DNA from: Ginglymostoma cirratum
Taxonomy: Eukaryota
Direction of reading: 5' to 3'
DNA: 64,000 bases
Assembly: GCA_024137785.1 (NCBI GenBank)
Contig: JAHRHZ010000066.1
Coordinates: 1,224,491-1,288,490, forward strand
Of the stretch, positions 12,302-26,608 are shown piece after piece. The notes beneath the pieces were generated by a model. It was not told the origin of the DNA. It made no database searches and saw only the letters and a list, made by a program, of their open reading frames with translations. The position numbers and the translations under genes were made by a program. Position 1 is the stretch's first letter. The number at the start of each line of letters is the position of its first letter.

Positions 12302-14365
12302 CTGTATTTGTTTGTTAGTTTTCTGTGTTTCAAATAGAAGGAAATCCAGGTCTCCTAGACCTGGTTTGTTTCCAAGTCCGTCACCATAAAAAATTTTCTT
12401 TTTTTCTGCTTTTTCCTTCTAAAATAAATAATTTCAGATTTTTCACATGTTACTCTAGTTGTCATGTTCTTATCCAAACACGCAGGTTATGTATATCTCT
12501 TTGCAGCCTCTTTCTTCCTCCCCAGAGATTACTTTCCCATTTAGTCTTGACAGGAAACTTGGATGTATTGCACGTGATTCTCCCTCACCTAAATCATTCA
12601 TACCACTTGTAAATAACTGAAGCCCAAACCCTGATCTTACAACAGCCTATAATTACAGCCAGCCAACTCAAAAATGACCTGCTTTCTGCTTTCTATTCTT
12701 TAAACAATCTTCAATCCACGATCATGTATTACTACCAACCCCATGAATCCTAATTTAGAATAATAACCTCTTGCGTGGCAATTTATCAATGGTTTTTAAA
12801 AATACAACTTGACTTCTCCATTATTAAGGTTACCCCCTTATCCACCTGACAGGTTACTTCCTCAAAAGACTCAGCAGATTTGATTTTTCTTCCAAAAACC
12901 TTTATTGATTTTGCTTAATTATAAATTTTCATGTGCCCTATGCCAAGTCCCAAATAATAGATTTTTGCCTTTTTCTTACAACTGATGTAAAAGGGAATGA
13001 GATTTAAACGTCAGCTTTTGTGGGCTCACATTAGAGAACTCACTCTCTCCTTTATTCAGTGATTCTTGTTACAAAATTCTATCTAATAGAATTGCATTGT
13101 GAATCTGTCGCTCAGCAACACTTCCCACTGTGAATGGGGAGGGAGATGATGGAATTTTATCACTGATTATAGAATGTGCCACCAGACAAAGGAACTGAAT
13201 GTGCCCACTCCCTGCCAACTTCATTTACCACAGATAATGATGACCTGTTCTGTAACAGCAGATAAGCTCTCAACACACTCTGATACTTAACCCTGTACTT
13301 GCTGGACTTCTATTTTAAGTGATAACTCCAGTCACATTTGGTTTGAAGTAAGAAACAGCTTGGAGGAAGGATGATTGCTGACATCCAGGTTTGACAAATG
13401 ACAACAACAGGAGTTACTAGGCCAGCAGTTCGAACAGTACAGTCAAGTCTTTCCTCATGTCTTTAATGGCTCCAGAGGTGACTTTTTGTGGTTTGGTGCC
13501 TTGAGTGAGATGCTGTGTGTTTTTGCCAAAAGAATAACATTGACTCATTTGCAATATTTTGCTGTGTCATTATCCAAAGTGGGTATGCCACTTTGGATAA
13601 TGACGCAGCAAAACGTACTGGATTCTGTCTTAAATACCATGGAGTGAGGAGCAGCATCATATTTTTTATTTAAAAGCAAGAAGTCCAACAACCATCCAAT
13701 TGGAGAATATTTCTATGCATTTTTGACCCTGTACACCTACTTATCTCACTGCCTTTCTGTGTTCTTCACTGTTAGATTTTTTGTTGATGTTGATGCTGCA
13801 TCAGTTCTTGAACAGTTAACAGAGGCTTTCTTGTAACAAGTTGTGCTTCAAACCAAGGCTGCCATTGGATATGATTCACCGTTTAGTTGAGTACAAAAAC
13901 CTGTAGCTCGGTGTTAACTCTTCAAGGTCAGAATTCAATTCAGTAAATTTGGAACTTGTTTATTTCATTGTATTATAACCAGAAGCAAATGGCTAGTGAG
14001 CTTTCGTTGTTTGAAGAATTGAAATGATCTGAGGCAATTGGAGGAGGCAGTAAAGATTGTGTGCTGCTGGGCCATGTTTCACTGCATTTAATTGAAACAG
14101 AAGGTCACACAACAGTCATCAATGATGAGGTTCCAATCCCAATTATGCAACCATATGAAGTCTCAACAAAAAAGCTGTACACCACTCCAAAGGGCATCAG
14201 GAAATACTCTATACTTGTTGTATGCTTTCTTAATAGAGTATCATTGACTTGGGATGAGGAAGAGTCCCTATCTATTCTTGTGGAGAATAGTTTAAAGCAT
14301 AGAAACATTCAAACTCTGCTTGCACTCTTGACTACACTTGCTCAATTCATATGTGCACTTACTTT

Positions 14366-14575
14366 GGCAGTTGGTCAGCTCAGTTGGGTGGATGACTGTT
14401 TTGTGATGCAGAGTAAAACCAACGTGGGTTCTCATACCAGCTGAGGTCACCATAAAGGTCCCACTTTGTCAACCATGCCCCTTGCTGGAGGCCTGGTGAC
14501 CTTGAGGTTAAACTCACCATCAAGCATCTCTGTCTTTATAAAAGAGAGAGCAGATTATGGCAACTTCCACTTTTC
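14366..14575 (+). mobile_element. tRNA-derived SINE
   Basis: A-box-like agctcagttgg and B-box-like gtgggttctcatacc, ~200 bp, ending in a T-rich tail. Confidence 0.5.
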
Positions 14576-14684
14576 TGTTCTTAAGTCATAAGGACCCTCC
14601 TCCCTTCCATTAGCAAGGAGTTTATGATCAATGAGTTTAAGATCTTTGTGGGGAATTAGAAAACTATTCTTTTTGATGTGCTAA

Positions 14685-15450
14685 TTTTTTTTTGTTTTAT
14701 TTCAAAAATGTACTATATTCGTAAAAATATCTTTATATTGTCAGATACTTTAGAGACTTTTAAGCGACTCTTGGATGGGCACATGGCAGATAGTAAAATG
14801 TAGGGTATGCAGGACAGATTGATCGTAGTAGGATAATAGATTGACGCAACATTGTGGGCCAAAGAGCCTGTACTGTGCTGTACTGTTCTGTACTGTTCTA
14901 TGTTCTATATAAATATGTAGTCACTAGAGCAGTTCGATTCTGTACAGTCTTTATGTATGGAGAACAAACAAACCCAAGGCATTTCTTATACAAACATAGT
15001 CTTACCTATGTACTCATGCAGCACTGGGAGGGTCTGATAACCGAATGGACCCCAATTGCACTTTGGCAGAAAGACCTTAGACAATGGCCTTTCCCCACTG
15101 AGCCTTGGCGGCAGCTGCTCCAAGCTTTAGTACGTCCCTCAGCACGTAGTCCTGGACCTTAGAATGTGCCAGTCTGCAATACTCAGTCACGGTCAGTTCT
15201 TTGCACTGGAAAACCAACAGGCTTTGGACAGGTTAAAGAGTGTTTTTCACCAAGATGATGGTCATCCAGGCACAGTTGTTGTTTTGTCTCCGTGTCTGTC
15301 CCAGGGACAGACAGGAGAGCACAGAGATCTGCGCCACAGAGCTGCTTAGGACAAATCTCAACAAAAAAAACACTACATCTCTCTCTCCCAACTTCCTTTA
15401 CGAAGACACATTCCAGCAGGAGATGTGTATCAGTCTCTGTGGTAACACCG
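14685..15450 (-). mobile_element. Tx1/L1-clade LINE 3' fragment, interrupted by a CR1 3' tail (~14745-14910)
   Basis: The minus strand translates to ...ETDTHLLLECVFVKEV... (CCHC knuckle remnant) and ...LLVFQCKELTVTEYCRLAHSKVQDYVLRDVLKLGAAAAKAQWGKAIV* (stop at 15077-15079). A-rich tail near 14685-14705. Confidence 0.7.
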
Positions 15451-16564
15451 TAGATTAAACTGTTTTGGTTGAAGCACGCCTCATCAAATAGTTAAAACAC
15501 CATGCCCCTCCCTATTAAATTGTACTGTATAATTTTTAGGATACAAATGTGCGGCTTACAAGGGATGATTTAATATTGCTTTGACGATAATAAGGAACAT
15601 GGGTATGCTACATCTCAGTGAAAGGTTTGTCTAGCTTTATGTCCTCCCATCAAAATGAGCCATTCGGCCAGTCCACTCTGTGCTACAATTGTGGCAGTTA
15701 CAACCAGCACCCACCTCCAGCCTCATGCTTCACATTATTTTGTGGACCCACTGGAACGACCCTGTTGTCCCCAGTTTATGGACTACTATAATAAGGCATT
15801 GAAATGGAAATTGCTTTTTAGTTTATAGGAACAGCAATTGACATGTGTATTGATTGCGCTGCTATTCAGAGAGTCTGACGTTAATCCATCACTCTGCCAG
15901 CACAGTTTAACAAATTAACTGCAGCATTTTGGAACAAGCTCTTGCAATGAAGCGTCTTATTGTGGCTGCGATCAGTAAGTTCAATTGGAGACTTGTTTAC
16001 TGTCTGCATTATCCGTACCCTGTCTGAATCTCTTTAATGCCCCTATCATAGCACAGGACTAGGTAAACCCCAGATCAGGATTTATCACTTAATCCTGATT
16101 TAACGCAGTAGGCCTTTTGCTTTCTACATGCTGTAATCACATTTTATCTTCTCAGATTCACAGGAATGAGAAAACCGAACACCTCAAAATAAGCAGCCCC
16201 ACACCCCTCAGAATAAACACCCCCAGGCTCATTACAGCATTGATTAAGCACGTAGGAAATTTGGATCTATGCTTCCCCTCAGCAATTGCAGGAAAGGTAC
16301 AGAATTAATTAAGTGTAAAGAGAAACATGCTGTAATTCAAACTCAGAAAATCCTCTCTAAGATATCATTGTGAAAGTCCAGTATTTCACTTCAGCCTATC
16401 CTCATGTCCTTCGAATAAGATTGCCAAATTAATCCCAATTGGAGGAAAATATTAAGGAGTTTGTCAACTGAACTAACTGTCTCCCACATTGTACACTGCT
16501 GCATATATTGACTCTTCCATCTGGACTCAACCTTACAATGTAGCTCAGCATGAAAAGAAAAATT

Positions 16565-18620
16565 TCATAGAATCATACAGGGATACAGAACAGAATGAGA
16601 CCATTTGACCCATCAAATTGATGCCAGTCCTTTTGAATGCACTATCTAATTAATTCCAGTGCAGTAGCCTGCTCTTTCCCCGTAGCCCCAAAGCTTTTCC
16701 TTCTAATTTTTCTCAAATTTCCTTTAAAAAGCTATTATTAAATTTTCTTCCACCACCACCATCCATTCAGACATTGAATTTGTAATTTGCTGCTTCTCTG
16801 ATCTCTCCACATGAATGAAATCTTTAAGTGTTACAATTCTAACAAACCTTTTCTATACCCTTTCTAAAGCCTTGATATATTTCCTAAAATGTGATGCCCA
16901 CAACTGACTAGAATACTCCACTCCAGCAAAGTCCTAACCAGTGTTTTATAAAAGTTTAGCATTACTTGCTTTCTTCTATATTTTATATCTATATATATCT
17001 ATAAAGGCTCAGACCTAGCGTATCTGTTTACAGCTTCTCAACATGGTCTGCCATCTTCAAAGATTTCCCCACTTCTGTATGTTCCTGCCCTTTTACAAAT
17101 TGTACCAGACTAAGTCACTGCAAGTGTTTAAAGAGCAGATAGATAAATTATGAAATATTAGGAGTTGGGGGTTACATGGAGTTAGCACTAAAGAAGACAT
17201 GAGGGCTGGGAACAGATCAACCATGATGTTATTGAATGATAGTGCAGGCTCGAAGGTTTAAATGGGATGTTCCTGCTTTTATTGTCAAGCTTTAAGTTTA
17301 TATTTCTTCTCATTCTTGCTTCTAGAATTGTTTGCTTCTCATCTTCTCTGCATGAAATCTCTCATGCTGTGCACGTGTCCATTTTATCAGTGTGTCCTGT
17401 CTCCTGTTGAATTCTTTTACAGTTCTTCACAATGTCTTTTACATTTTCAAGTCTGTGTTATCTGAAAATCTTAATGTTATACCCTTCCTGCCCATGCCTT
17501 GGTCATTAATATGTTCTGAAAACAGCAGTGTTCCTAAAACTGACACGGGGAAGCATCACGTCCAGACTGAAATACGGCTATGACCCTCTGCATTTTGTTG
17601 CTGAGCCAATGTTGTATCATATAGTCACTGTTTCTTTAATGTCATGATCTTCAGTTTAGAACCCGAGATTATTATGCACTACTTTATCAAACACCTTTTA
17701 AAATTTCATGTGTACAGAATCAACTGCATCAGTCCTCTTCATAACTTCATCAAAGAACTTGACCAAATTTGTCAAACATGAGTTACCTTTAACAAACCTA
17801 TTAAGGCTTTTGTTTATTAATCTATATTTTCAAAGTCTCATTAAACTCGTGTAATATTATTGGCTGTAAAATTTTCCTGGCCATCCACATTAAGCTCATC
17901 ACCTTTAGTTGTGAAACTTAACCCCTTGCTTTTATGAACAGATATCTAATAGTTTTGCAATCCTCCAGGCTCTTCAGACTGCTCCAATACCTAAAGATGT
18001 GGTCAGCACCTGTATGATTTACACTCATTCCTCAACAAGTTAGGATACATCCCTAACAAACAGGAATACTTTTCTACTTTTAGTGCTGAAAACCTTTTGA
18101 GTACCTCTTTAACTATTTTATCCAGTTCAATTTTTCGACTTCCTTCTCGTTTTACTGTGACAACAGCAGTATCGTCTCTATAGACACCGATACAAAGATC
18201 TCATTTATTATCTCAGCCATGCCTGCTTCCCGCATTAGAAGACTCAGCTTTGACCCCTATTCAGCCCATTCTTCCATTGACTGTCCTTTTATAATTCTGC
18301 TTGTAAAATTGTTTTGGGAGTTCTCTTTTTTTTTAATGCTGTCTGGTAATCTGTAATGCTTTCTCTTTGCCATGTTTATTTCCTTTTTCCTCCCAACATT
18401 TTGAATTCACCTTGGGTTTTCTGCCGAATTACCAACCTGGATTTTTAGCACAAGGCTGCTATTCTTGTTTCATTTTGTCTACTATATTATTAGTCATCCG
18501 GGGACTTCTAGTTTTGGATGCCCTTATTTTTCACCTCATGGGGATGTGTCTAGACTATACCTGAATCACAGTAACTCCTCTTTGAAGGCCTCCTTTCACT
18601 CAACTACTGTTTTACTATCT
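16565..18620 (-). mobile_element. Old CR1 LINE ORF2 and 3' UTR remnant
   Basis: Reverse tail catagaatcatacagg, then decayed RT motifs (catcaaagaacttgaccaaatttgtcaaacatg = CLTNLVKFFDEV on the minus strand). Confidence 0.65.
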
Positions 18621-21600
18621 ACGTCTGCCTTTAAAGAGCAGGTTTAGCTCAAATGTCAAATGTCATGAAGCGCTTCTGAGGCATAAGGGAAAATAAACAT
18701 TTTGCCAAATCTTAGGAGGATCACTGAAATCTTGTCACAAAGATTTTATTTTAGGACAAATAGCTGCAGGAGGGAGATGGGGACCTACAGAGTAGGACTG
18801 ACATTCGTAAATAATGTGAATGATTATGAGGCTGAAGTCATACGAATGGGGAATTAGAATGACAGTAATATAAGGCTTGAAGATGTTCTGGAACGGAATG
18901 TTGACCATCGGACCTTAGTTTCCTCCATGGGACACAAGGTGAACAGTTCGGCAGCACTAGACACAGTGGTCTGAAAAGAGCTACCACCCATCCGTGCAGG
19001 CCAGGAAGTTTTGGAGTAAGGAGCCTTCCATGTGTTGTGAGGAAGGAGGTGAGAATTGGTAAATTTTAGCAGTCAGGATCCTAGGGAAATTGCTAATTTA
19101 ATGGCTGCTGATTGATTGAACTTTATTCCATTTATCAGTCCATGAGGAATTAGACATAGAAACCATTTGACTTTTGAACAGAAAGACCTATGGAAATGGG
19201 AAAAGGGAAAGGGAGCCACGATTAGATTGATAGGTCACATAAGACATCAGGCAACTAAGTGAGGTGAGTTGCAGAGGCACTGAGCTAAGAGTAGATTGGA
19301 GTTACAAAGCCAATAATGTGGACTGAGAGTACGTTGCATAGCAGACAGTGAGTAGATTCAGTGGTAGGGAAGATACAAAGCAGGAAACAGGTAAGGTTGA
19401 GACACTGTGGAGTAAAACAAAAGGGTATGAGGTGAGCAGTCCTCCTTTTCATGGCCCACAAGCAGCGCTGCAAAGGCATCATCGTTGAACGCACCTCTAC
19501 TAAAATCAGAAGTGAACACATTGGAGGCAGATTCAGGTGGCATTTACAATGTTTGAATTTCTAACATTCCCTATCCCTCCTGTTCTATGGGTTTAAAATT
19601 TTCCTCTTGAATTTTGAAATGAAAAAGGCACGAATCGAGGATTTAGGTGACAGATAAATTAAGATGGTGTCAAAGCAGCCAAAATGTGAGATAAAATTTG
19701 ACAATGCAATGAAAAGGATTCTTGAGTCAGAAACTGAGTTCAGGGTTGAACATGCAGAACGCTGAGGGTGTGAGCTGTCTCATTCAGCCTTGCAACTATA
19801 TGTTTACTGCAGGGTCCCAGGCACAGACACTGACAACGTGAGCTTGAGTTCCAGATTATGCTTATTCCTGAGACATCAAAGATTTGGTCTGTTATGAAAA
19901 CATATCACCTAAAATGTCCCAGTACTCCACTCAAGAAGTTGTTTCCAAATACGATTATAAGTGCAGGGGAGAAGGACTTGAGTACTCCAAACATATCCTT
20001 GAGAAAGGATCAAATGTAACTTGTTAGCACTTCTGCACTTGTGAACAGCATAACTGGCAGCCATCTACGCACATTGGATTTTCTGTCCTTTTGCCCATGC
20101 TCTCCTTTTATAGGTGTTGCCAACTGTGGACGAATCTATACCTGGACGTTTCACCACAAGGCTTGACCCATTCTCCAGCCATTAATCAGCTAACACATCC
20201 ATCTTTTTGACGCGATTGGAATACAAAGAGACTCAACACCCAATTTAGTGATGTTTATCTGCTCCACAAAGAGACTTCTGCTCCCCCCATTTTCAATATT
20301 TTTGTAAAGAAGAATGTTCAATGAAAATGACAAAACATTTCTTTAATGTTCTAATGATTCTTCTTTCTGAGTTGCGCACAGCAATGTCCTGGAGATTGTT
20401 TTTCAATTCCTTGGGACTGTAGGGCATCCCTAGACATTCTGAGACAATCCTGGAGTGTTGGCAACCGTAGTCCCTTTGTTTCCCCCCTGAATGTTTAAAT
20501 CATACTTCACGTGCCTTGGCCCACACTGCTTTGCAATCTGTGTCAGTGTGTCTCATACTCTTTATGACAGTCCCTCTGTGTCCTAGACCCTTCTTTCTCT
20601 CGTATCTCTGGATTGGTCTTATTCCTTGTTATCTAATGTTTCACAATTTATTCATTTCCATAGCCATGTGGTTGTTACCTCCTTATTATTGATCTTTTCT
20701 GGATTTTCATACAAATTTGTTTTTTACCAGTGAAATATTTTTCTTACGAACAGTGCACAGTGTACCTGGCAAATGGTGTTTGGATATTAGACCCAAGCCT
20801 AGTTGTGAAAACATCTGTTGTTTTTCAGTCTATAATCTTTTATTTCTGCACACACCTACATTATGCCATTATGTGAGAACTGTTTCTTGTGTGCCTATTA
20901 TTCTCTATTGTTATTCAGACCCGCACATGGCACTTTCCATCAATGCAGTCATGTTTCTGTGAGCAACATTACATTCATTATACATATCTTCTAAGCATAT
21001 TAGTCAGAGTAATTAGAGTAAATTCTTGCTGTATTTTTAATTATACAAAATAAGATAGTTCTACTATGGTGTCATTTGGGGCAATGCTTGTTGAAGAACA
21101 GCAGGTAGGGTTGAATAATTGACAAGTAAGAGAATGAGTAATTTTTAAACAAGATATTTCAGCCACCTTTACTCTGCTGTCCAGTGCAGTCAGATTTCCC
21201 CTTGCATGGTTCTGTTCATGTCTATCTAGATGGCAAGCTGTACATCACATTGTCCCCTCAACACCAGTGGGATCCACTCTTGGCTGCCTCCTCTTCCTTC
21301 TCTGCTTTGGCAACCTCACAGCCCTGTAGGGGAAGCAGGTTGAGAAGTAAGGGTTAGTGGTCCAGGTGTATGCTGATAACCCCTGGCCTACCCCTCTAAT
21401 ACCTACCTCGGCTGGATCACTATCACTGCGCCATTAGACTCTCTGTCCAATATCTAGGATGAGTCCCAACAACTTTAGCTTAATATTCCACTGATTTAAC
21501 CTTCTTGTACTGCCACAATCCAGCTCTGTAACGATCCTCTATCATCTTGGCAGCTTTGATCTTTGTATGTCCCTGAAATATTTTTCTAAATAAGAACATG

Positions 21601-23604
21601 CCTGTCAACCTCTGCTGCTTAAACTGTAAGAGCTGCCCGCTCTAATCTTCTCCACACTAGATTCCCATTCCTCATAAACTCCCTACAATATTCCCAATAA
21701 ACAAGCTTTATCTTTTCCCTTTGATGATGAGCTGAGAAAAGGATCAAAAAACATCAACATTGAACAAACCTGCTAAACAAGGGTTAACAGACCCACAGTG
21801 TCTAAAAGCTTCCCTTATTCCATATATGTGCTATTGGAGGTTGCCTACCATGTCCCTTCAGAAAAAAAATGTAAATGTAAAAAAAAATGTAAATTTGCAC
21901 TTTTAGACCATGCCAATTGACGCTTTCAAGGCTATCATTAGTGTTAGGTTTCAGTAAGGCTAGCAGGGGAGATGGATCGAGAGCATATAAATGGAGTTTG
22001 GGTACAGATCAACAATAATCTTGTTGAATGTTGGGATGAGATCAAGGGACTGAATGACCTACTCTTGCTGCTCCCCTTTGTGAATAATCAAGGCAATAAT
22101 ATTTGTCATTTGTCATGTTAACCAGGCCTCATAAACACATTGTTCTGTAACTGTCTGAAATGACTAGGCAGTGACATGGGTATCATTTACATTGTAGAGG
22201 ACTTCTTAAGCATCAGCCACCACCAGACAGTCCCTTTCTCACAATTCCATCACATTTGATAATTATATTATGAAATCTTTTACATCAACCAACAGGATAG
22301 GGAATTAATGGGAATCTATTTTAAAAAAAAACAAGACATTGACCCAGTTAGAGATTCACTTTAAAATGTATCACACAGAGATTTATATGATGGAAAACAA
22401 GAGAGATCTCAGTGAATAAATTAATATTCTGCAGTTCTATAAAATTCCTTCTGGAGATCAGAGAGTATTAAACTGATAGTTCCTGTGGAAACTGTGATGC
22501 ATGGGGTGGAGTTTTCATAGGGAAAATGTCTGAAAGCTGCAGATTGCCGGCACAATTCTCTTTGCTTTCCTCTTCTTTCCTAATTGTGAAACATAACCCA
22601 GCAGGGACCTAACTAATTAGACACTGGAGGCTGCTTTAAGAGTCAGGCAGACCTTCCATGAAACTGAAGGAATTGAACAAAGTGGTATTGCAAATGTCCA
22701 AATGATGAAAAAAAAATCTCCTTGCAATTCTTTGTTCTTATTTAGAAAAATATTTCAGGGACAGGTAGTAGTTGCTCTAGACATACGGTGAGTGCCCCTA
22801 TTAGTTTGTGTGTGAGAGTTGACGATAGACCTGATTGTGTTTGCTTGTAGACTCAGTGTCATGCACTAAGTCAGTCGATCTGATCTGAATGAAAGCAGGT
22901 GGAGGCTAAGAACCTACAATAGCAGTTGGATCACATGACAATTAATCTAACTCATCGAACTTACGGCATTGCAAGTGGTTGGAAAGTGCACGAAAGTGAC
23001 AATTATGTAGCTCAGTCAGTTCAGGATAGAATCCAATCGTGCAGGGTTCGTATCGTGCAGTGGTATTGTACCTACATCTGAGCCCAAAGGCCCAGTTCAA
23101 GTTCCATCTGCGTCAGAGGTGTGTAAGTAACATTTCTAAATGGGTCGACTTGAAGATGCCCTACGGGCCAACTTGATCCTGGTACGTTGAATTGCTCCTG
23201 CAAGTGTTTGCAGGGTTTTATGAAACCAGACATCAGAGATAATAGTTGCTGTTGAGGTTAAATCTACAATTTTAAGGACAGAAAACATTGGTCAAAAATT
23301 CAGGATAATAAAACGGTGTGCTACACCCAAGGTGTGTAGTGATTAGTTTACCTATGAACTAGAGATTCCAACTCGAGTCCAACTCTGGGTGGCTGTGAGC
23401 TTTCTCCATTTTACAGAAGTTATCGATGTGCCTGAGTTTTCAAGCCTGGAGTGTTAGGTCTGTAATTATATTGAAATAAGTTACTAGTTGGGTATTTTTT
23501 GGCAGTGATTTAAAATGAACACCTCCTGCCAAACGATGTGAAGGTATGTTATGCTCAGCCATGCAATGGAATCAGGACAGAGTGACACTTCAAGAAAAAT
23601 AAGA

Positions 23605-23731
23605 TAATGCAGTTGCTGAAAATCTGAAATAAATCTAGAAAATGCTAGGAAAATCTCTGGCTGTGAGGCAGCACCTATGGAGCGGGAACCAGAGTTAATA
23701 TTGCAAGTTCAATGTGACTCTTCTTTAGAAC
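23605..23731 (-). mobile_element. Diverged family-B-like Penelope-derived monomer
   Basis: tgcagttgctgaaaatctgaaataaa...ggcagcacctatggag...agagttaatattgca...ctcttctttagaac mirrors the family B body and a decayed core. Confidence 0.5.
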
Positions 23732-26504
23732 CTGGTGGTCCAATGCCAAATACTCAGCAGAATCTTACATGGGCCTGAACGAACTGATTCTCTTGGGAAA
23801 TGAAGCAAGGCCTATTTTGACATTGGGAACAACTTCCTGCACCTTTTAACTGTGTTTCGAGTGTCGAGGTGAGATTCGTGCTAGACAACAGCGAGTTGTC
23901 TATTAAAGATGGTTATTTCTCGTTAATGACCTTATTAACTGTACATCTTGCCTCATTTGATATGCAGCTTTTATTCCACCATCCATCGTGAGCAAACTAG
24001 ATGTTGAGAATTCTCGCTGTGGAGGTTTAAGTGGGTACTTGGCCACTTTAGCTCACCTCACTCCAAAGAACCACCATGTTGGTTACTTGGCATCAACATC
24101 TCAGGGCACAGTCTTTGGGCACTGGTCGCATACACCCCACATCCACGAACATTGGTATCTGGCAAGTTCCAGCTTCTAATAAGCCTCATGGCACATCTCC
24201 GATCCACTTGCAGGACACTTCTGCACTTTAATGCTGCATTTTGGGTTGCAATGGCAACCATTATTATGGTGCTGCAGCAAGGACACTTAGCACTCAGACA
24301 CATGCATCGAGCTCATGGACTAGGCCAGGCTGTATCTCTGGGCTGTCTGGTTGCTCACTTAACTTTAATTTTCTTTTGAGCCTGCCTTTGAGTCTAAGGC
24401 ATCCTTGCCTTGACTTTTTACATATTGCCCCTCAGCCAGAGAAAGCAGGCCAACACAACTGCCATTTAGTTCAGGCATAGACACAACACCAGGAAGTTTG
24501 TCATGGTTGTCAGCTGCCCTCAGTTAAGTCAAGGGAGATAGCTTTCAGTGAGAGAGTCCAAGCACAGTAAGTGGATGGCTTCCTCTGATACCAGTCCAGG
24601 GCTTAGACCCAGTCAATCAGCTGCATTAGACAGAGTCAGGATCCTCTCCTCAAAGGATGAGGATCTGAATGACAGACAACCCACTACCAGCCTTGACCCT
24701 TTCTGCCCTGTTGTGATCTGTTTTCCTCTTGGAATGAGAGAGAGGCAGGGTTACGGAAGATGAAAGTGAGTAGCAAAGCTGTTACTTTGGTTGTAGGTCT
24801 GGAAGAACGTATGAAGTCCCTGCAAGGCAAGTCCCTTAGCCTGCTCTAGCTTAATAACAGCTGTGGTGGGATAACGCCCTTTTAATGGGAATAATTGTCC
24901 ACTCTGTGAGCAGTGGGGCAGGAATATGTCCACAATGCTTTCCATCACAGACATCGGGATGGAGGCAGGAGGGTGATGGGACCTCACCTGACACCCTTCT
25001 GCCTGATTAAGGCCCTTACCACCACCAAACATATCACAGGAGAGGGCACAAGGTTCCACCCTATATTTGTGTTGATGATTGATTTTATTTAGTGATGTTC
25101 ATTGTTTAATAGCAGCCTTGTGGCTGTGTATCAGTTTAATTTCAGTTCGCCAATCGGTCTCAGTGGTTGATATCAGTTAGTGACTGTGCTTATGTCTCAA
25201 CGGGTTGATTTCAGTGGCTTGGTTAAAATGCCTAATTCTGTGCTATGTTAGTTTGCAGCACAGAGTTTACCAGCGGCTGTTTAAGGGAGATAGAGGTCAA
25301 CAGCTGCCATCAAATGAGCTGTGAATGCTGTTATTAGAACGTCTGCCATATTCTCTATCAGATCAGCCTCTCAGTATCTACGTTCTGATTGATTTCGACT
25401 CCAAATACAAGCCAGCCAACTTGCCCCTGCTTCAGATTAATTAGCAGGCTGTCCTAAATCAGAGCGACTGATAACAATTTAATGGATGATCCAATTAACC
25501 TCTAACCTTTATAGAGTGTACTATTTCTGTTTCTGTTGCAGCTTATTGCAGATAGTATGATGAAGAGAGAACTAGGGCTACAGTCACATATTCTTCGCTC
25601 TGATTGCATGGAAGTTCCACAGTTTTATTGGTTGACAAAGCAGCATTATCTTTACTTTCCTATGGTTCCTGTCGTTAATGCATCTTATTGTTTCAGCTAC
25701 ATTTTGCACTGATTCCAACACAATTATGTAACTCCATTTCATCTCTACTGAGCCCAGTCCACAATCTGCATGCAATAAAGTGTGGCAGGCTGGTGAAAGG
25801 ATGTGGATGTAGGACAGAACTCTCAAATAAGGCTGGCTTTTGACAAACAATCCACCTGAATCTTTTTACAAAGCTGGAAAATTCAAGTGCTGACAATAAA
25901 ATCTGAGGTCTGCTAAAGGGATTTTGTAAAGTCAACATTTTTGGACTTTACTTCCTGGTGATGGAATCTGCCTCATGTTAACACTAATACTACTAATTCG
26001 TTGCACATTCATGTGCTTCTCTAAAAGTCCCTGAAATGCCCTTATCATATCTACTTCCATCACAGGATAGATTAATTCTGGGGGTTACTTTATTTAAAAC
26101 AATGAAATACCTTAAAAGCTATGAAGCAGACACCACAGCAAATCCGATGGTATAATAAACAAAGAAATTGCAGTTGTCTGATGTATGTTGATTTAAGACT
26201 GTTGATCATGTGTTCTACCTGTAGGTTAGCTTGGTTGCTGACAGTTCAAGCGTGGTGAACCTTATCAGCAGTATATTTTTCACTGCTGTTCTTCATGTCA
26301 TAATATTGTTCATGATCTAATAATGAATTGCTCATCAGAGGTTGACTAACTGTCTGGGTTGGTGTATTTTAAAACAGAAGAACACATTGCAATTTATGAA
26401 GCAGGAGTTACAGCAATCTACATGACGTGTATGTATCCAGCTTTCAGACACACAGCAGACTAACAGTCAGGCAGAGTCTTGCTATTGCATGCACACAATG
26501 CATT

Positions 26505-26608
26505 GAGTTCTGAGTAAGGGTCACTGGACCTGAAACATTAACTCTCATTTCTCTTCACGGATGCTATCAGACCTGCTGAACTTTTCCAGCAACTTCTGTT
26601 TTTGTTGT
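26505..26608 (+). mobile_element. Penelope-derived family B monomer with mutated hammerhead core
   Basis: GAGTT-CTGAGTA-A-GGGTC-ACTG-GACCT-GAAAC-ATT-AACTC at 26505-26544: 5-bp helix I, G8 changed to U. Confidence 0.75.
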
